A stretch of 64,000 bases of DNA from a virus. Both the position numbers and the translations under genes were made by a program. The stretch is from positions 2,955-66,954 of the IMG/VR virus record IMGVR_UViG_3300006880_000002; one strand, 5' to 3'. Below are positions 35,263 to 45,075 of this stretch, in pieces (position 1 is the stretch's first letter; each line of letters starts with the position of its first letter). The notes under the pieces are model-generated. The model saw only the letters and a list, made by a program, of their open reading frames with translations, did no database searches and had not been told where the DNA came from.

Positions 35263-35476
35263 TCGGGAGCTGAGGCGGGGGTTCCTCGCCGGCTACTGAT
35301 GCGCCGATGAACGCACCGAGCGTCGAGCCTGCGGCACCGCCGACTACCATCGCGTCCTCTACGTTTCCGCCACGACGCGGGCGGTACTTCTGAGCGTAGA
35401 AGCCAGCAGCAGCCCCGAGCACGCCTCCAACGAGAGCACCGGCAGCGGCGGCAAGCCCTGTCTTGTAGTTGCTCAT
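35246..35476 (-). CDS. Glycine-zipper membrane protein, resembles 21814-22065
   Basis: Two GxxxG helices with the same layout. Confidence 0.65.
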   Translation of the reverse strand: MSNYKTGLAAAAGALVGGVLGAAAGFYAQKYRPRRGGNVEDAMVVGGAAGSTLGAFIGASVAGEEPPPQLPITVAR

Positions 35477-35493
35477 ACCCAGGAGGCTATCAC

Positions 35494-35529
35494 AAAAAGA
35501 GAAACGGCCCGGAGTTACCGAGCCGTTTC
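35494..35529 (-). terminator. Rho-independent terminator
   Basis: GAAACGGCTCGG-TAACT-CCGGGCCGTTTC then TCTTTTT on the minus strand. Confidence 0.75.
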
Positions 35530-35605
35530 CAGCCTTCTTCGCACACTTCAGAAAGGAGCAAACACTGACGGGACCAGGGAACGATACGCTCGTTCGGTCC
35601 CTAAG

Positions 35606-37879
35606 TCAATTCACGGCACCGACGGCTCTACGGATCGCGTAAACCACGCAAGCCGCGGGCATTTCCTTCTCCCCGCGAAGAATGATGACCCACATCGCGT
35701 CCTCCTCTGCCGGGAGCCGTTCGGCTTCGTGCGCCGACATCTGTTCGAGCCCGGAGATGAGACGGGGGGCCCCGGGACGCGCGAGACGCTGCATGCGCTC
35801 GATGACGACCGATCGAGGCTCGATTTGAAACCGTGAGGGGTCTAGCGCGTTGATCGCGATCACGAGATCGCCGGTACCGAGCGCTTCGCGTGACGAACGG
35901 TATGCATCGAGGAGGCTTGCGGGGTTGCACATCCTGTTGAGTAGGTGCTGCATCTGAGGCGGGGTGCCGCGTCCGTACGCAAGTTCCGTCGTGAGTTTCA
36001 TCGCTGTCATTGTCAGGTTCCTTTTCTTGGGTGGTTTGAATGCTTAATGGGTCATGTGCGGAAGCGGCGGCGGTTCCCGGTATCGGTTGAGCTTGAGCGG
36101 TTCGCCGGCCTCCGTACAACTGCGACCGTCCAAGCACCGTTCGTACCAAACGAACATCTTGTCGGAGTCGTCGCTTTCGAGCTTCAGCGCGGCCTCCAGT
36201 TCTTGTTTCTGATCCGCGAGCAACCGGAGCGACGGCGCTGCTTCGTCGATCGCTGCTCGTCGTCCTTGTTTGTAAGCGAATAACCCGGCGAACGTGCCCG
36301 CGATCAAGGCGATGATCAGATAGTGCAGAAGCGCCGACGCAAAATGCTTCACGGTTGCCACCCATGGGCTGCGGACTGCTGTTTCACGGTTGCCCCTTGA
36401 TCTTTTCAGTGATCGCGCCACCTTCCGCGCGTTCGCACTCCAAGGCGAGCGCGGCGATGTAGGCCCGACACTCTTTCGCGGTTAGTGTCGTTCTCATCCC
36501 CCGACGATACGGCCCGTACCAAGTAAGTGTGACCGCAGGCCCTGTGAGTTTCCCGCGGACGCCATTGGGATGACCGTATGCATCGAGAGTGTACTCTCCG
36601 GCACGCACGCCACTGGGTGGAGGACTCAACTCGCGCGTGCTCGACTCCGTCTGGTCTGCCGTTTCGTGCTGCTTCACGGCGCGCCGCGAGCATACTAGCG
36701 AGTGGTGCGGCAGGCGTTTGCCGCACTCCTGGCAGAATCGTTTGGGAGTCAGAGACATCACCCACCCCCGTGGTCGTGAGAGGGGGCGAGGGCTCCGGAG
36801 CAGGGGCCTTCCGGCATGCTGAACGCGGTCATGGTTTCCCCGCAGAGTAAGCACCAGTCGTTACCTACGCCGTCCGGTTCCCACGCATGGCCATTGTTCA
36901 GAATGACGCCGGCAGAACCGGGGATGGCGGCACGTTCCGAGTAGCGCCGCAGCGCTTCATCTACTGGCCATGTAACGGCGCTCCCTAACGCTTTCCGCAA
37001 CCTTTCATTTTCCTCCGCCATCGCCCGCAGCGCGGCGTCGCGGTCACGGAGGGCGGCTTCTACTACGTCCAGCGCATCCCACACGAAATGCTCCTCGTGA
37101 GGCGCCATTGCCTGAACGAAGCCAGTTACTTCTGCCAGCGCGGCGATGGGGTCGGGGGCGGTCATCGCCATTCCCGGAGAATGCGATGCGCTCGCATGAT
37201 GCATCTGAAGCCGAGTTCGTTCTGTTTGATGTTGTATAGCAATTGCCCCAAGTGCACGAGCACACGGATCCGGAGCAGCGTGACCACGTGAAACCAATAT
37301 CTTCGTTCCATCACCGTCCCCCCTTCCCCGTCGCGGGGTGCTCATCCGTTGCCGTCCCGAACCACTCGGCGCGACGCTCAATGATCTTCTCCTCCCACAG
37401 AGCGGCCGCTTCTCGGGATTGCGCGGCCAATCCTCGGTCTCCCTGGCGTTCGTAGCGAGCCGCATCTTCCTCGAAGCGCTGCACAATCCGGCCCATATGC
37501 GACAAAATGTGGGCTCGCCGTATCTCGATCTCCGACGCGCGTTCGCAGGCGTTGAGCGCACGTTCATCAGGTAGCGTCATCGCTGCCCCTTCCCCGTCGC
37601 GGGGCGTTGGTGGTTGGAATGCTTCACGGCGCGCGAGTGGTCTTTCATAAGCGCGCTCATTCAATTCTGCTCTAGCTTGCGTTCGCGCTCTTCTAGGACG
37701 TTGAGCACGTGATCGCGAAAACGCTCTAGGTCATACACGGTAAAGCCGCCTTCCGGTGCCTGGAACGACCATAGGACTTCCCCTGTATCCTGATCGACCC
37801 AATCGAACCAGCGATCGGCTCTGGGTCTGAGAACCATGTGTCTGGATTGCTTCACGGGTGTACTCCAATCCTTGCTCAC
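35606..37879 (-). other. Run of small coupled hypothetical genes (35606-36010, 36044-36352, 36384-36758, 36758-37165, 37162-37311, 37311-37580, 37577-37660, 37661-37879)
   Basis: Stop/start overlaps; no recognisable family. Confidence 0.55.
37320..37604 (-). repeat. 19-bp exact direct repeat at consecutive gene ends
   Basis: CCCCTTCCCCGTCGCGGGG at 37320-37338 and 37586-37604. Confidence 0.85.
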
Positions 37880-38496
37880 CTGAGACCCCAGCCGCGATGG
37901 GCCTGCGTGCTGAGAGCCCAGAGTCCTCGCGAGTTCCGCGCGCCGTTCACGGCGGCGATGACCTGCTCGTAGTTGTACGCCCCGCCGCTGACGATGGTGA
38001 GCGGCTGCAAGTACCGATGAAAGAACGTCGTGGTGGTCTCCAACTCGGCGAGGATCTGCCAAAGACGATCTTCGGACCAGTCGGGATGAACGACGAGTTT
38101 CAGTGTGTGCCCCGATCTCTGAACGAAGCCCGTCGGGGTCAGCACCTTCGGGCTTACGGTGAGCCAGTCTATCGGATAACCCTCAACCGACCGAACCCCG
38201 CTGGTCTCCAGATGTACGCGATGCCCAGCATCTTTGAGCGCCGAGATCAGTGGCACCAGATCGTGGTCGGTCGGCTCGCCACCTGTGATGCAGACGACCG
38301 CTCGCCCCGCCACCAGAGAAAGTATCTCCGGGACCCCGAGTGAACTGGTCGCCTTCCACGGAGCTTCATCGCAGTCCCGACGGATCGCGCAATCGAGCAC
38401 CGAACACCCAGCAAGACGCACGAACGCCATCGGATAGCCGACGAAATGGCCTTCGCCCTGGAGTGAGTGAAAAATCTCAGCGATGGGATACTTCAC
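37876..38496 (-). CDS. queE: 7-carboxy-7-deazaguanine synthase (radical SAM)
   Basis: [38 protein letters not shown]. Confidence 0.88.
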   Translation of the reverse strand: MKYPIAEIFHSLQGEGHFVGYPMAFVRLAGCSVLDCAIRRDCDEAPWKATSSLGVPEILSLVAGRAVVCITGGEPTDHDLVPLISALKDAGHRVHLETSGVRSVEGYPIDWLTVSPKVLTPTGFVQRSGHTLKLVVHPDWSEDRLWQILAELETTTTFFHRYLQPLTIVSGGAYNYEQVIAAVNGARNSRGLWALSTQAHRGWGLR

Positions 38497-39227
38497 AGCG
38501 TCACCTTGAGGTAATGCCCCTCGGGCAAGTCCTCGTCTTCCGAAGGACCGCAATACTGCGTCGGATCGGGCACGCCTGCTTCCGCAAACCCCTTCGAGCG
38601 CAGAAAACAGGAATCGCACCTTCCGCACGCCCCGGACGGACGAGGGTCGTAACACGAGCACGTCATTCCGTAGTCGATTCCGAGAGCGACTCCCTTTTGG
38701 ATAATCTGGGCCTTCGTCAGAGCGATGAGCGGCGCGTGAATCGTGAGAGCCTTGCCCTCGACACCTGCCCTCGTCGCCAGGTTCGCCATCCGTTCGTACG
38801 CTTCGATGTACTCCGGACGACAATCCGGGTAACCGCTATAATCCAGTGCGTTGACGCCGATGAAAATGTCCGAGGCGCCGAGAACCTCTGCCCACGCGAG
38901 AGCGAAGGAGAGAAACACAGTGTTACGCGCGGGGACGTAAGTCACGGGGATTCCGTGCGACATCTCATTGAACGGCCTGTCCTTCGGCACGGCGATGTCG
39001 CTCGTGAGCGCTGAGCCCCCGAACACGCGCAGATTGATCGTCGCGATGACGTGCTCGGAGACTCCGATCTTCCCGGATACCCGAGCCGCCGCGTGAAGTT
39101 CGGCCTCATGCCGCTGGCCGTAATGAAAACTCAGGGCGAAGACGGAATACCCCAAGTTCTTCGCGATGGCCAAGACGGTGGTCGAATCGACTCCGCCGGA
39201 CAAGAGCACGACGGCTTTAGGCTGCAT
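38493..39227 (-). CDS. queC: 7-cyano-7-deazaguanine synthase
   Basis: LSGGVDS, YGQRH, VPARN, GYPDCR, SCY..CGRCDSC-x-LR. Confidence 0.95.
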   Translation of the reverse strand: MQPKAVVLLSGGVDSTTVLAIAKNLGYSVFALSFHYGQRHEAELHAAARVSGKIGVSEHVIATINLRVFGGSALTSDIAVPKDRPFNEMSHGIPVTYVPARNTVFLSFALAWAEVLGASDIFIGVNALDYSGYPDCRPEYIEAYERMANLATRAGVEGKALTIHAPLIALTKAQIIQKGVALGIDYGMTCSCYDPRPSGACGRCDSCFLRSKGFAEAGVPDPTQYCGPSEDEDLPEGHYLKVTL

Positions 39228-40038
39228 TTCGGTCCTCCAGATCGTTCAGTAGTTCTCGGCGCCACTGAAGCGCCCACACGGGGCAGTTGGCGCAGTTAAT
39301 GTGGCCCCTCTTCCGTCTATCTCCGGGCTTGTCGTGCCCAGGCAGGAGCACGGGGTTCTGGCGGGCCGTGTCACTCCAGGCCGTCGAGTCCGCACTCGCT
39401 AGTAGTTGGTGACAGTTCTTCAGCCCCAGTTTCTTGAAGCCGAAGCCGTGTAACCGAAGGCCGGAGCCGGCGAGCGTCGTCATGATCGTCGTCGCTTCGG
39501 CGGTGTTCTGTCGCCGACAGACGGTCCCGACGCCCACGACGCGCTCGTCTTGCAACCGAATCCCCGCCTTCTCGTAGAGTTCCTGGCACCGCCAATAGTC
39601 GGTTAGCTTCCACCCTTGGAGGACCGGAATGACTCGCTCGCCGAGCAACTTTCGCAGGTCGAGAAAGTTCTTCACCGTCCGACGCTGATGTTCCAGCACG
39701 CTTAGGCCGGTACCCGCGAACACGACGCCTCGCGCAGCTGCGCCACCGGCCAACACTATCGGCTCGCACATCCAATCCTGCGGCGCAGCCCACCGCAGAC
39801 GCTTGCCGTAGAACCGGATGTACTTTTTGACCTCGTCGGCAAAGTCGTTCGTGGAAATCGTCCAGCGGCCGAACATCTGAAGCTCAGTGAAGCCGCCCGA
39901 GTCGAGCGCGAAGGATGTCTCTGCGGGCGGCAACTTGGCATAGGTCGCTAGCCGTCGTCGGGAGATGAACAGATCGACGCCGATGAAAGCCTCGTCACGA
40001 AGCCAATGCGGCTGGTGCGTTCCGAGGAAGAACCTCAC
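39217..40038 (-). CDS. dpdA: DpdA/TGT-like deazaguanine DNA transglycosylase
   Basis: [42 protein letters not shown]; adjacent to queC and queE. Confidence 0.8.
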   Translation of the reverse strand: MRFFLGTHQPHWLRDEAFIGVDLFISRRRLATYAKLPPAETSFALDSGGFTELQMFGRWTISTNDFADEVKKYIRFYGKRLRWAAPQDWMCEPIVLAGGAAARGVVFAGTGLSVLEHQRRTVKNFLDLRKLLGERVIPVLQGWKLTDYWRCQELYEKAGIRLQDERVVGVGTVCRRQNTAEATTIMTTLAGSGLRLHGFGFKKLGLKNCHQLLASADSTAWSDTARQNPVLLPGHDKPGDRRKRGHINCANCPVWALQWRRELLNDLEDRNAA

Positions 40039-40979
40039 AGGCCCATGTCCTCTGTGGCGTTCTTCTTGTCGAGATTCGCGATGCGGATGTACCGCTGCAC
40101 GATCTTGGTGTTGCTGTGCCCCGAGTGCCGCATGATTTCGCTCTCGGTGTGCCCGTTGAGCGCGGCCTGGGTGATGAACCCGGCGCGGAGCGAGTGCGCG
40201 CCGTAGCCCTTGTGGTCGATGCCCGCGTTCGTCATGAGGCGCTTCACGACCTTCTCGACGTACTGCGGCCAGAGGCGTTGCTGCTCGCCGTATTGGACGA
40301 CGCGCCCCCAACGGTTCACCGGGCGGAAGATGGGGCCTTCGGCGATGCGAGAAACCGCGAGCCAGCGCTTCAAGATGCGAACGGGGCAGGTCGCCTCGTT
40401 CTTCCCGAACAGGACCATCTTCTCGAAGCCATTGCCTTCCTGGTCCTCTTTCGCGCGCTCGATGAGCACTGTGAAGCCCTTGTCGTGGAAGGTGACATGC
40501 TCGACGTGCGTGTCCACGATCTCGTGCCGCCGCATCGCGCAAGCCCACCCGAATGCAACGATCGCTCGATCCCGAGCGTTGAGCATCGAGATGTCCGGCG
40601 TGGCCGCGAGCATCTTCTTGATGTGGTCGGCGAGGAGTGGCTTCATACCGACGGCACGGACTTTCTTCGTCCGCCGGATGCCTCGCCAGACTTGCTGCAC
40701 GGCAGGATGGAACCGCGGCGAGAGGTGCCCCTCGGCCTCGTGAGCCTCTCCGATGGCGGAAAGGAACTGGTTCACGGTCGAGACGCTCAAGCCATCCTCC
40801 GCGAGCTTGGCGAGGTACAGGCGGACCGTTTCGGGGTCGGCAGGCACCGCCTTGACGCCGCGCTCCGTGCAGAACGCTCGGAACGGAACCATCTTCTGGA
40901 GATACGAGGCGCGCGTGCCCGGAGCGCGAGAGTGTTGGGCGTAGGAATGACAAGCGTCTTCAAGACTGCGATTCGACAT
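40035..40979 (-). CDS. Cre-like tyrosine recombinase (Int2)
   Basis: MRRHE, KEDQEG, CPV, HSLRAGF, SGH, YIR. Confidence 0.92.
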   Translation of the reverse strand: MSNRSLEDACHSYAQHSRAPGTRASYLQKMVPFRAFCTERGVKAVPADPETVRLYLAKLAEDGLSVSTVNQFLSAIGEAHEAEGHLSPRFHPAVQQVWRGIRRTKKVRAVGMKPLLADHIKKMLAATPDISMLNARDRAIVAFGWACAMRRHEIVDTHVEHVTFHDKGFTVLIERAKEDQEGNGFEKMVLFGKNEATCPVRILKRWLAVSRIAEGPIFRPVNRWGRVVQYGEQQRLWPQYVEKVVKRLMTNAGIDHKGYGAHSLRAGFITQAALNGHTESEIMRHSGHSNTKIVQRYIRIANLDKKNATEDMGL

Positions 40980-40999
40980 ACCAGTTGGACAGAACTGGT
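40980..40999. promoter_or_regulatory. Palindrome abutting the Int2 start
   Basis: ACCAGTT-GGACAG-AACTGGT (7-6-7). Confidence 0.55.
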
Positions 41000-41041
41000 C
41001 GGCGAGATATTCACGCGGCAACCCTGCTTCATCCTACGACC

Positions 41042-41695
41042 CTAGTTCCAGGTTCCTACCACTGCGCCAGCGTTGGGACTGGGGTTGTACACGATGCGAA
41101 ACACGTTACCGGTGTTCGTTCCGTAGTATCCCCAGGCAGTCACAATCGATCCGTTCGAGGTTGGTTCTTGCTCTGCGATGTACGTTCCGCTGGACAGCGA
41201 GAGCTGCGTGCAACTTCCTGTGCATCCGCTCGCCGCGCACCATGTCTCGCAAGCCTTTGCGGCCTCGGTCGCGTCATGCGTTCCGACGGTCGTGCAGTCC
41301 TCCCACGTCTGACCGAGGCCGGTCGAATGCGTGACGAGACAAGACGACGCGCCGCCGGTCGCAAGTGAACCTCCGGTTGCCGGCGAGCCTCCGGTCGCTA
41401 CCGCCGTCGTTCCCCCCGTCGATGTGGTCGCCGCATCTCCCGTCGCTTGGGTGCCCCCGGTTTCTTCTCCCGAGCCACCCGTGCTTCCTCCTCCAAGGCC
41501 TCCGTCGTCCGCTGCATGAGCTCCCCCGCTGCCGCCTTCGACCGAAACTCCAATCCCTCCGGTGGAGGTTTCTTCGCCGCCTGTACTCGTCTGTGTTTCG
41601 CCGCCATTTCCGTATCCTCCTTGTGCAAACAGTTGTGGTGTGAAATCCGACCCGCCGCATCCAACGACGAGAACTGATAAAAGTAAGTACTTCAT
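41042..41695 (-). CDS. Lipoprotein with Thr/Gly-rich linker and Cys-rich C-terminal domain
   Basis: MKYLLLSVLVVGC lipobox, repeated TGG, Cys-rich end. Confidence 0.75.
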   Translation of the reverse strand: MKYLLLSVLVVGCGGSDFTPQLFAQGGYGNGGETQTSTGGEETSTGGIGVSVEGGSGGAHAADDGGLGGGSTGGSGEETGGTQATGDAATTSTGGTTAVATGGSPATGGSLATGGASSCLVTHSTGLGQTWEDCTTVGTHDATEAAKACETWCAASGCTGSCTQLSLSSGTYIAEQEPTSNGSIVTAWGYYGTNTGNVFRIVYNPSPNAGAVVGTWN

Positions 41696-41915
41696 TTTGC
41701 CTGCTCCTTCGTTTCCAGTGGCATGCACAGAAACTCCGACGGCTTCGCTTGTTCGACCGTCTCGGTTCTCGGCGGCGTGAGTCCACATGGAGGATCCTTC
41801 CACCCGAGCTTCTTGTCAGAACACGCCTTGCAGCGTTTCCAGCCCGGAAGAGAAGGCGCCCCGCACAAGTTGCACGGTTTGGTTGCCGCCGGCTTCTTGG
41901 TTTTGTCGACGCCGC

Positions 41916-42197
41916 TCATTTTGATGCCACCTCCAGAATACGCCGCCAGTGCTTCGGATCTTCCGGCACGAGACGTCCATTTTCGAGGGCCGAAAGTTCC
42001 ACGGCCCGAAACCCGAGCCGGCTGGCCATGTCACGGAGGGCTATGTTTCGACCACGGCGGATCTCAATGAGACGTTCTGCCTCAGGCCCTATTTTGTACA
42101 CTGGAGTGAGAATTTCCTCGGACGTGCAGCCACGGGCGCGAGTGACGAACGCCTGACCGCGACGGTGCTCGACGGGAGTGGCGGAGCGGAGTTTCAC
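41916..42197 (-). CDS. XRE-family HTH protein
   Basis: IALRDMASRLG..ELSALENGR. Confidence 0.75.
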   Translation of the reverse strand: MKLRSATPVEHRRGQAFVTRARGCTSEEILTPVYKIGPEAERLIEIRRGRNIALRDMASRLGFRAVELSALENGRLVPEDPKHWRRILEVASK

Positions 42198-43257
42198 GGC
42201 TTAGGCCACACTTGCTCGAACCTAGACCCGTACTTCTCAACGTACTCGTTGCCGCACTGCCGACACCGAAGCACGTAACCGCGATCGGTCACCGTCGTCT
42301 CCAGCGTGTTCTTTTGGGGACTGCACAAGCATCGCGCCTTGCGCCAACGCCACCACGTCCACGCTGTTTGCCACAAGGCTCCGAATATGTCTTTCACGCG
42401 TACACCTCCCGCTCGTCCTGGAGCGACCGCATCGCGGCCTCGAAGATGTCGTTCTCCGAGTATCCGTGCTCTCGTAGGAGCTCATTCACCTCGACCTCGG
42501 TGGCGCCGTCAAGGAGAGCGATTCTCACGATGTTGATGAGTACACTCCTCTCCTTCATGCCGTGCGGAGCCGGGCACGGCTTGTCCGTGTACCAGTCATG
42601 CTCCGCGCAGTGATGCGGAAGAAGCTCGTGCGGACGATTCGAGAACTGCACCTCAACGTCGTCGAGCACGTTGGTGCGCCAGAAGTAGCCTGCCTCCTGG
42701 TCGGAAACGAAGGGGTCCTTCACGCCGGCACCCACGAGCTCGGGTACTTCTGGAGCCACTCTTGATCGACGCGGATGTCCCAAGCGCGCTGCACGACGCG
42801 GGGGGTTTCACCTAATTTCGGATCGCCGTACTCGACGACATTCGACTCCTTGCGCGCGACGCTTGCGACGTAGGTGCCGTCGCCCTGCTTCCAGAGAATC
42901 ATGCCGGCGACGTTGATCTTGCGAATTTCTGTAGTGTTCATTTGGGTGGGCTACTCCTCCACGGTGGAAACTTCGGGTCCTCGACCCACATCGCCTTGAC
43001 GCACACAACCGTCGTACCGAAGCCGACGGCTGCGGTGCCGCCTTGTTTTTCGCAGCGCTCGATCGAGGCGGACTTCCGTTCCGAAGCTTGCGCGTAGGCG
43101 CGTTCTTCTTCCGACCGATCGATCTTTGGTGGCTCGGGAGCAACCGTGGTTACCGGAGCAGGAATAGAGGGCGCGGCCTCTTTGACGTGAAAAAGCCACG
43201 GGACAAACACAGATGTCGCTCCGATCAACAACCCCAGAACGATCCAATCCACTATCT

Positions 43258-43512
43258 TCATCTGGCTCTCCCGAGCATCTTCCGGATCCCCGCCCGCTCC
43301 CTGTCGAACAAGTCAGCGACCTCGGACACGCTCTTGCCTTCTCTGATGAGCCACGAGTACACCTCACGCCTGGCCGCAACGACCGAGGCCGTGTGCCGAC
43401 CTTCGTAGAGATCCTGAAGCGACACATGGTGGTTCAAGGTTCGTGACTCGACGCGACCGAAGAGGCCGGTCGTGCGGAGACGTTCCTGGAATTTCGAGAA
43501 CGAGCGGGTCAT
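43258..43512 (-). CDS. DnaA C-terminal-like HTH protein
   Basis: RHTASVVAARR..KSVSEVADLFDRE. Confidence 0.6.
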   Translation of the reverse strand: MTRSFSKFQERLRTTGLFGRVESRTLNHHVSLQDLYEGRHTASVVAARREVYSWLIREGKSVSEVADLFDRERAGIRKMLGRAR

Positions 43513-44111
43513 CGGTATCTACGCGGCTGCCCCGGGATCTTCGGATCCGGAGAGCGCATCCCCGCCACGATCCCGAGCATTTTCAAAGCTGGATACTTGT
43601 CACTTTGGAAGGCCTCCTCGAACTTGCGCCGCTGTCGTTGTAGTCGTCGTCTTCGGTGTCTCATGCTGCTTTTCCTTCTTTCTTCGGGAGCTCACCCTGG
43701 CCGCAGAGCCATCGCGCGACATCCTTGAACGCCTCCCGCGTCGTCTGCGCGTCGGCCTCGAACGCGACGTCGTAGAGACGCTCGGCTTCGAGACAATCGT
43801 CCATGCTCGGCCAGCTACCGTCGTACGGGCGGTAGAGCCGCTCGGCGTCCTTCTGAGCGACGAGCGCGACCATGGCGTGGGCGTGGAGGTTCACGGGCAT
43901 CGACACACGGCGACGGGGGATCCTTCGTGCCACTCGATCTTGTGGTGAACGTTCTCGCACTCTTGTCCGCCGCCGTAGTCTTTGGCTATCACCGCCTCGG
44001 TGCAGAACGTTGGGCGCATCCACAACCAATCGACGGTCATCATGATACCCACGCCGACGATCGTCACCAGCAAGATGAGTGCGGTCACTCTGTAGATGAT
44101 TCGAAGCTCGT

Positions 44112-44384
44112 TCATGGTGTGCCTCCTTCTCGCAGCCGCCGCGCGACACGGAGCAGAATCAGATACCCGAGGAGGTCGAGCACGACGTCCTCGTCCTCTT
44201 TCGGGTCGCTCGTCCGGAGCCGCGAGAGTTTGTCGTCGATGCGGACGAGAATCTGTTCCTCGGGGCTCGCCTTGCTGAAGATGCGGGCGGGTTCGAGCGC
44301 CGAGTTCCCGTACTTCCGATTTTTTTCGAGAAGCATCTCACGGAGGGCGTCGCATTCCTGAGTGATGTGTTCGGCGGGGGTCAT
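44112..44384 (-). CDS. Nucleotide-modification-associated domain 1 (DUF1599-like) protein
   Basis: KNRKYGNS, VRIDDKLSRL, DLLGYLIL. Confidence 0.8.
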   Translation of the reverse strand: MTPAEHITQECDALREMLLEKNRKYGNSALEPARIFSKASPEEQILVRIDDKLSRLRTSDPKEDEDVVLDLLGYLILLRVARRLREGGTP

Positions 44385-44969
44385 CTAATCTCCTTGAGAC
44401 ATGAGATAGCGACGGTGTCACCACGGGAAGATGAGTACCCAGTGCCTTGCATGAAACCTTTCGCGACGTAACAGACGATACCGTTGGACGTGTCTCGAAT
44501 TCGACGAACGTGTACGTCGTCAAGACGAACGTCTTGCTCTGCGTAGAGACCAACTCCGTCTGCGTGAGCGACCGACGCCGCGGTGGCTATCATCACGACG
44601 ATCAGTAGTGTCTTCACGACACCGCCTCCAGTACCGACCTGGGCGCTACGAGCCCCCAGAGTCTCTCCCGGTCTCCCCATTCGAGCACGAACGGGATGAG
44701 CTCCCGAGCGATCCACCGCGTCGAGTCTTGCATCTCCGTGAGCACGGAGCAGGCTGCGTCGAGCGGTTCCTTGTTCCCGGTGTACGCGTAGAGCTGGAGG
44801 CACGCGACGAAGGCGTTGAGCACCTTGGCGTCGGTGCCGGTGAGGGCTCCGAGGCAGCCTTTGCTGAGTTTCGAGCGCGGATTCTGCTCTTTGATGACCG
44901 CGCGAGCCCATTGTTGCCAGGTTTGTTCCTTCATGCCTGCAAATCTCCGAAGAACGACGTGAGTACCTT

Positions 44970-45035
44970 GTGTATACCCTACGTTTACTTTCGTCAAGTT
45001 CTTCCCTTGACGGGCGAGGCAGGTTCCCGGACATT
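44970..45035. promoter_or_regulatory. Divergent promoter pair
   Basis: CGTCAAG-N7-CTTGACG gives TTGACG -35 boxes on both strands between divergent operons. Confidence 0.55.
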
Positions 45036-45075
45036 GGGAAGGAAGATCCGGACCCTATCCGACGAAGGAAACATC

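Larger units (their letters stand above)
41692..44934 (-). other. Run of small coupled accessory genes (Zn-finger, membrane and secreted hypothetical proteins)
   Basis: Continuous ATGA/GTGA overlaps. Confidence 0.55.

Noticed and set aside
39217-40953. 578-aa ORF suggesting a long DpdA fusion
   Set aside because: The N-terminal part is an alternate frame over Int2; the DpdA-like sequence starts at GTG 40038, coupled to the Int2 stop
35606-40999. Integron with Int2 and cassette array
   Set aside because: Int2 is Cre-like and co-oriented with the array; no repeated attC-type sites seen
44608-45075. N-terminal extension of the acidic protein
   Set aside because: It crosses a divergent promoter and a minus-strand gene; ATG 45076 has an SD
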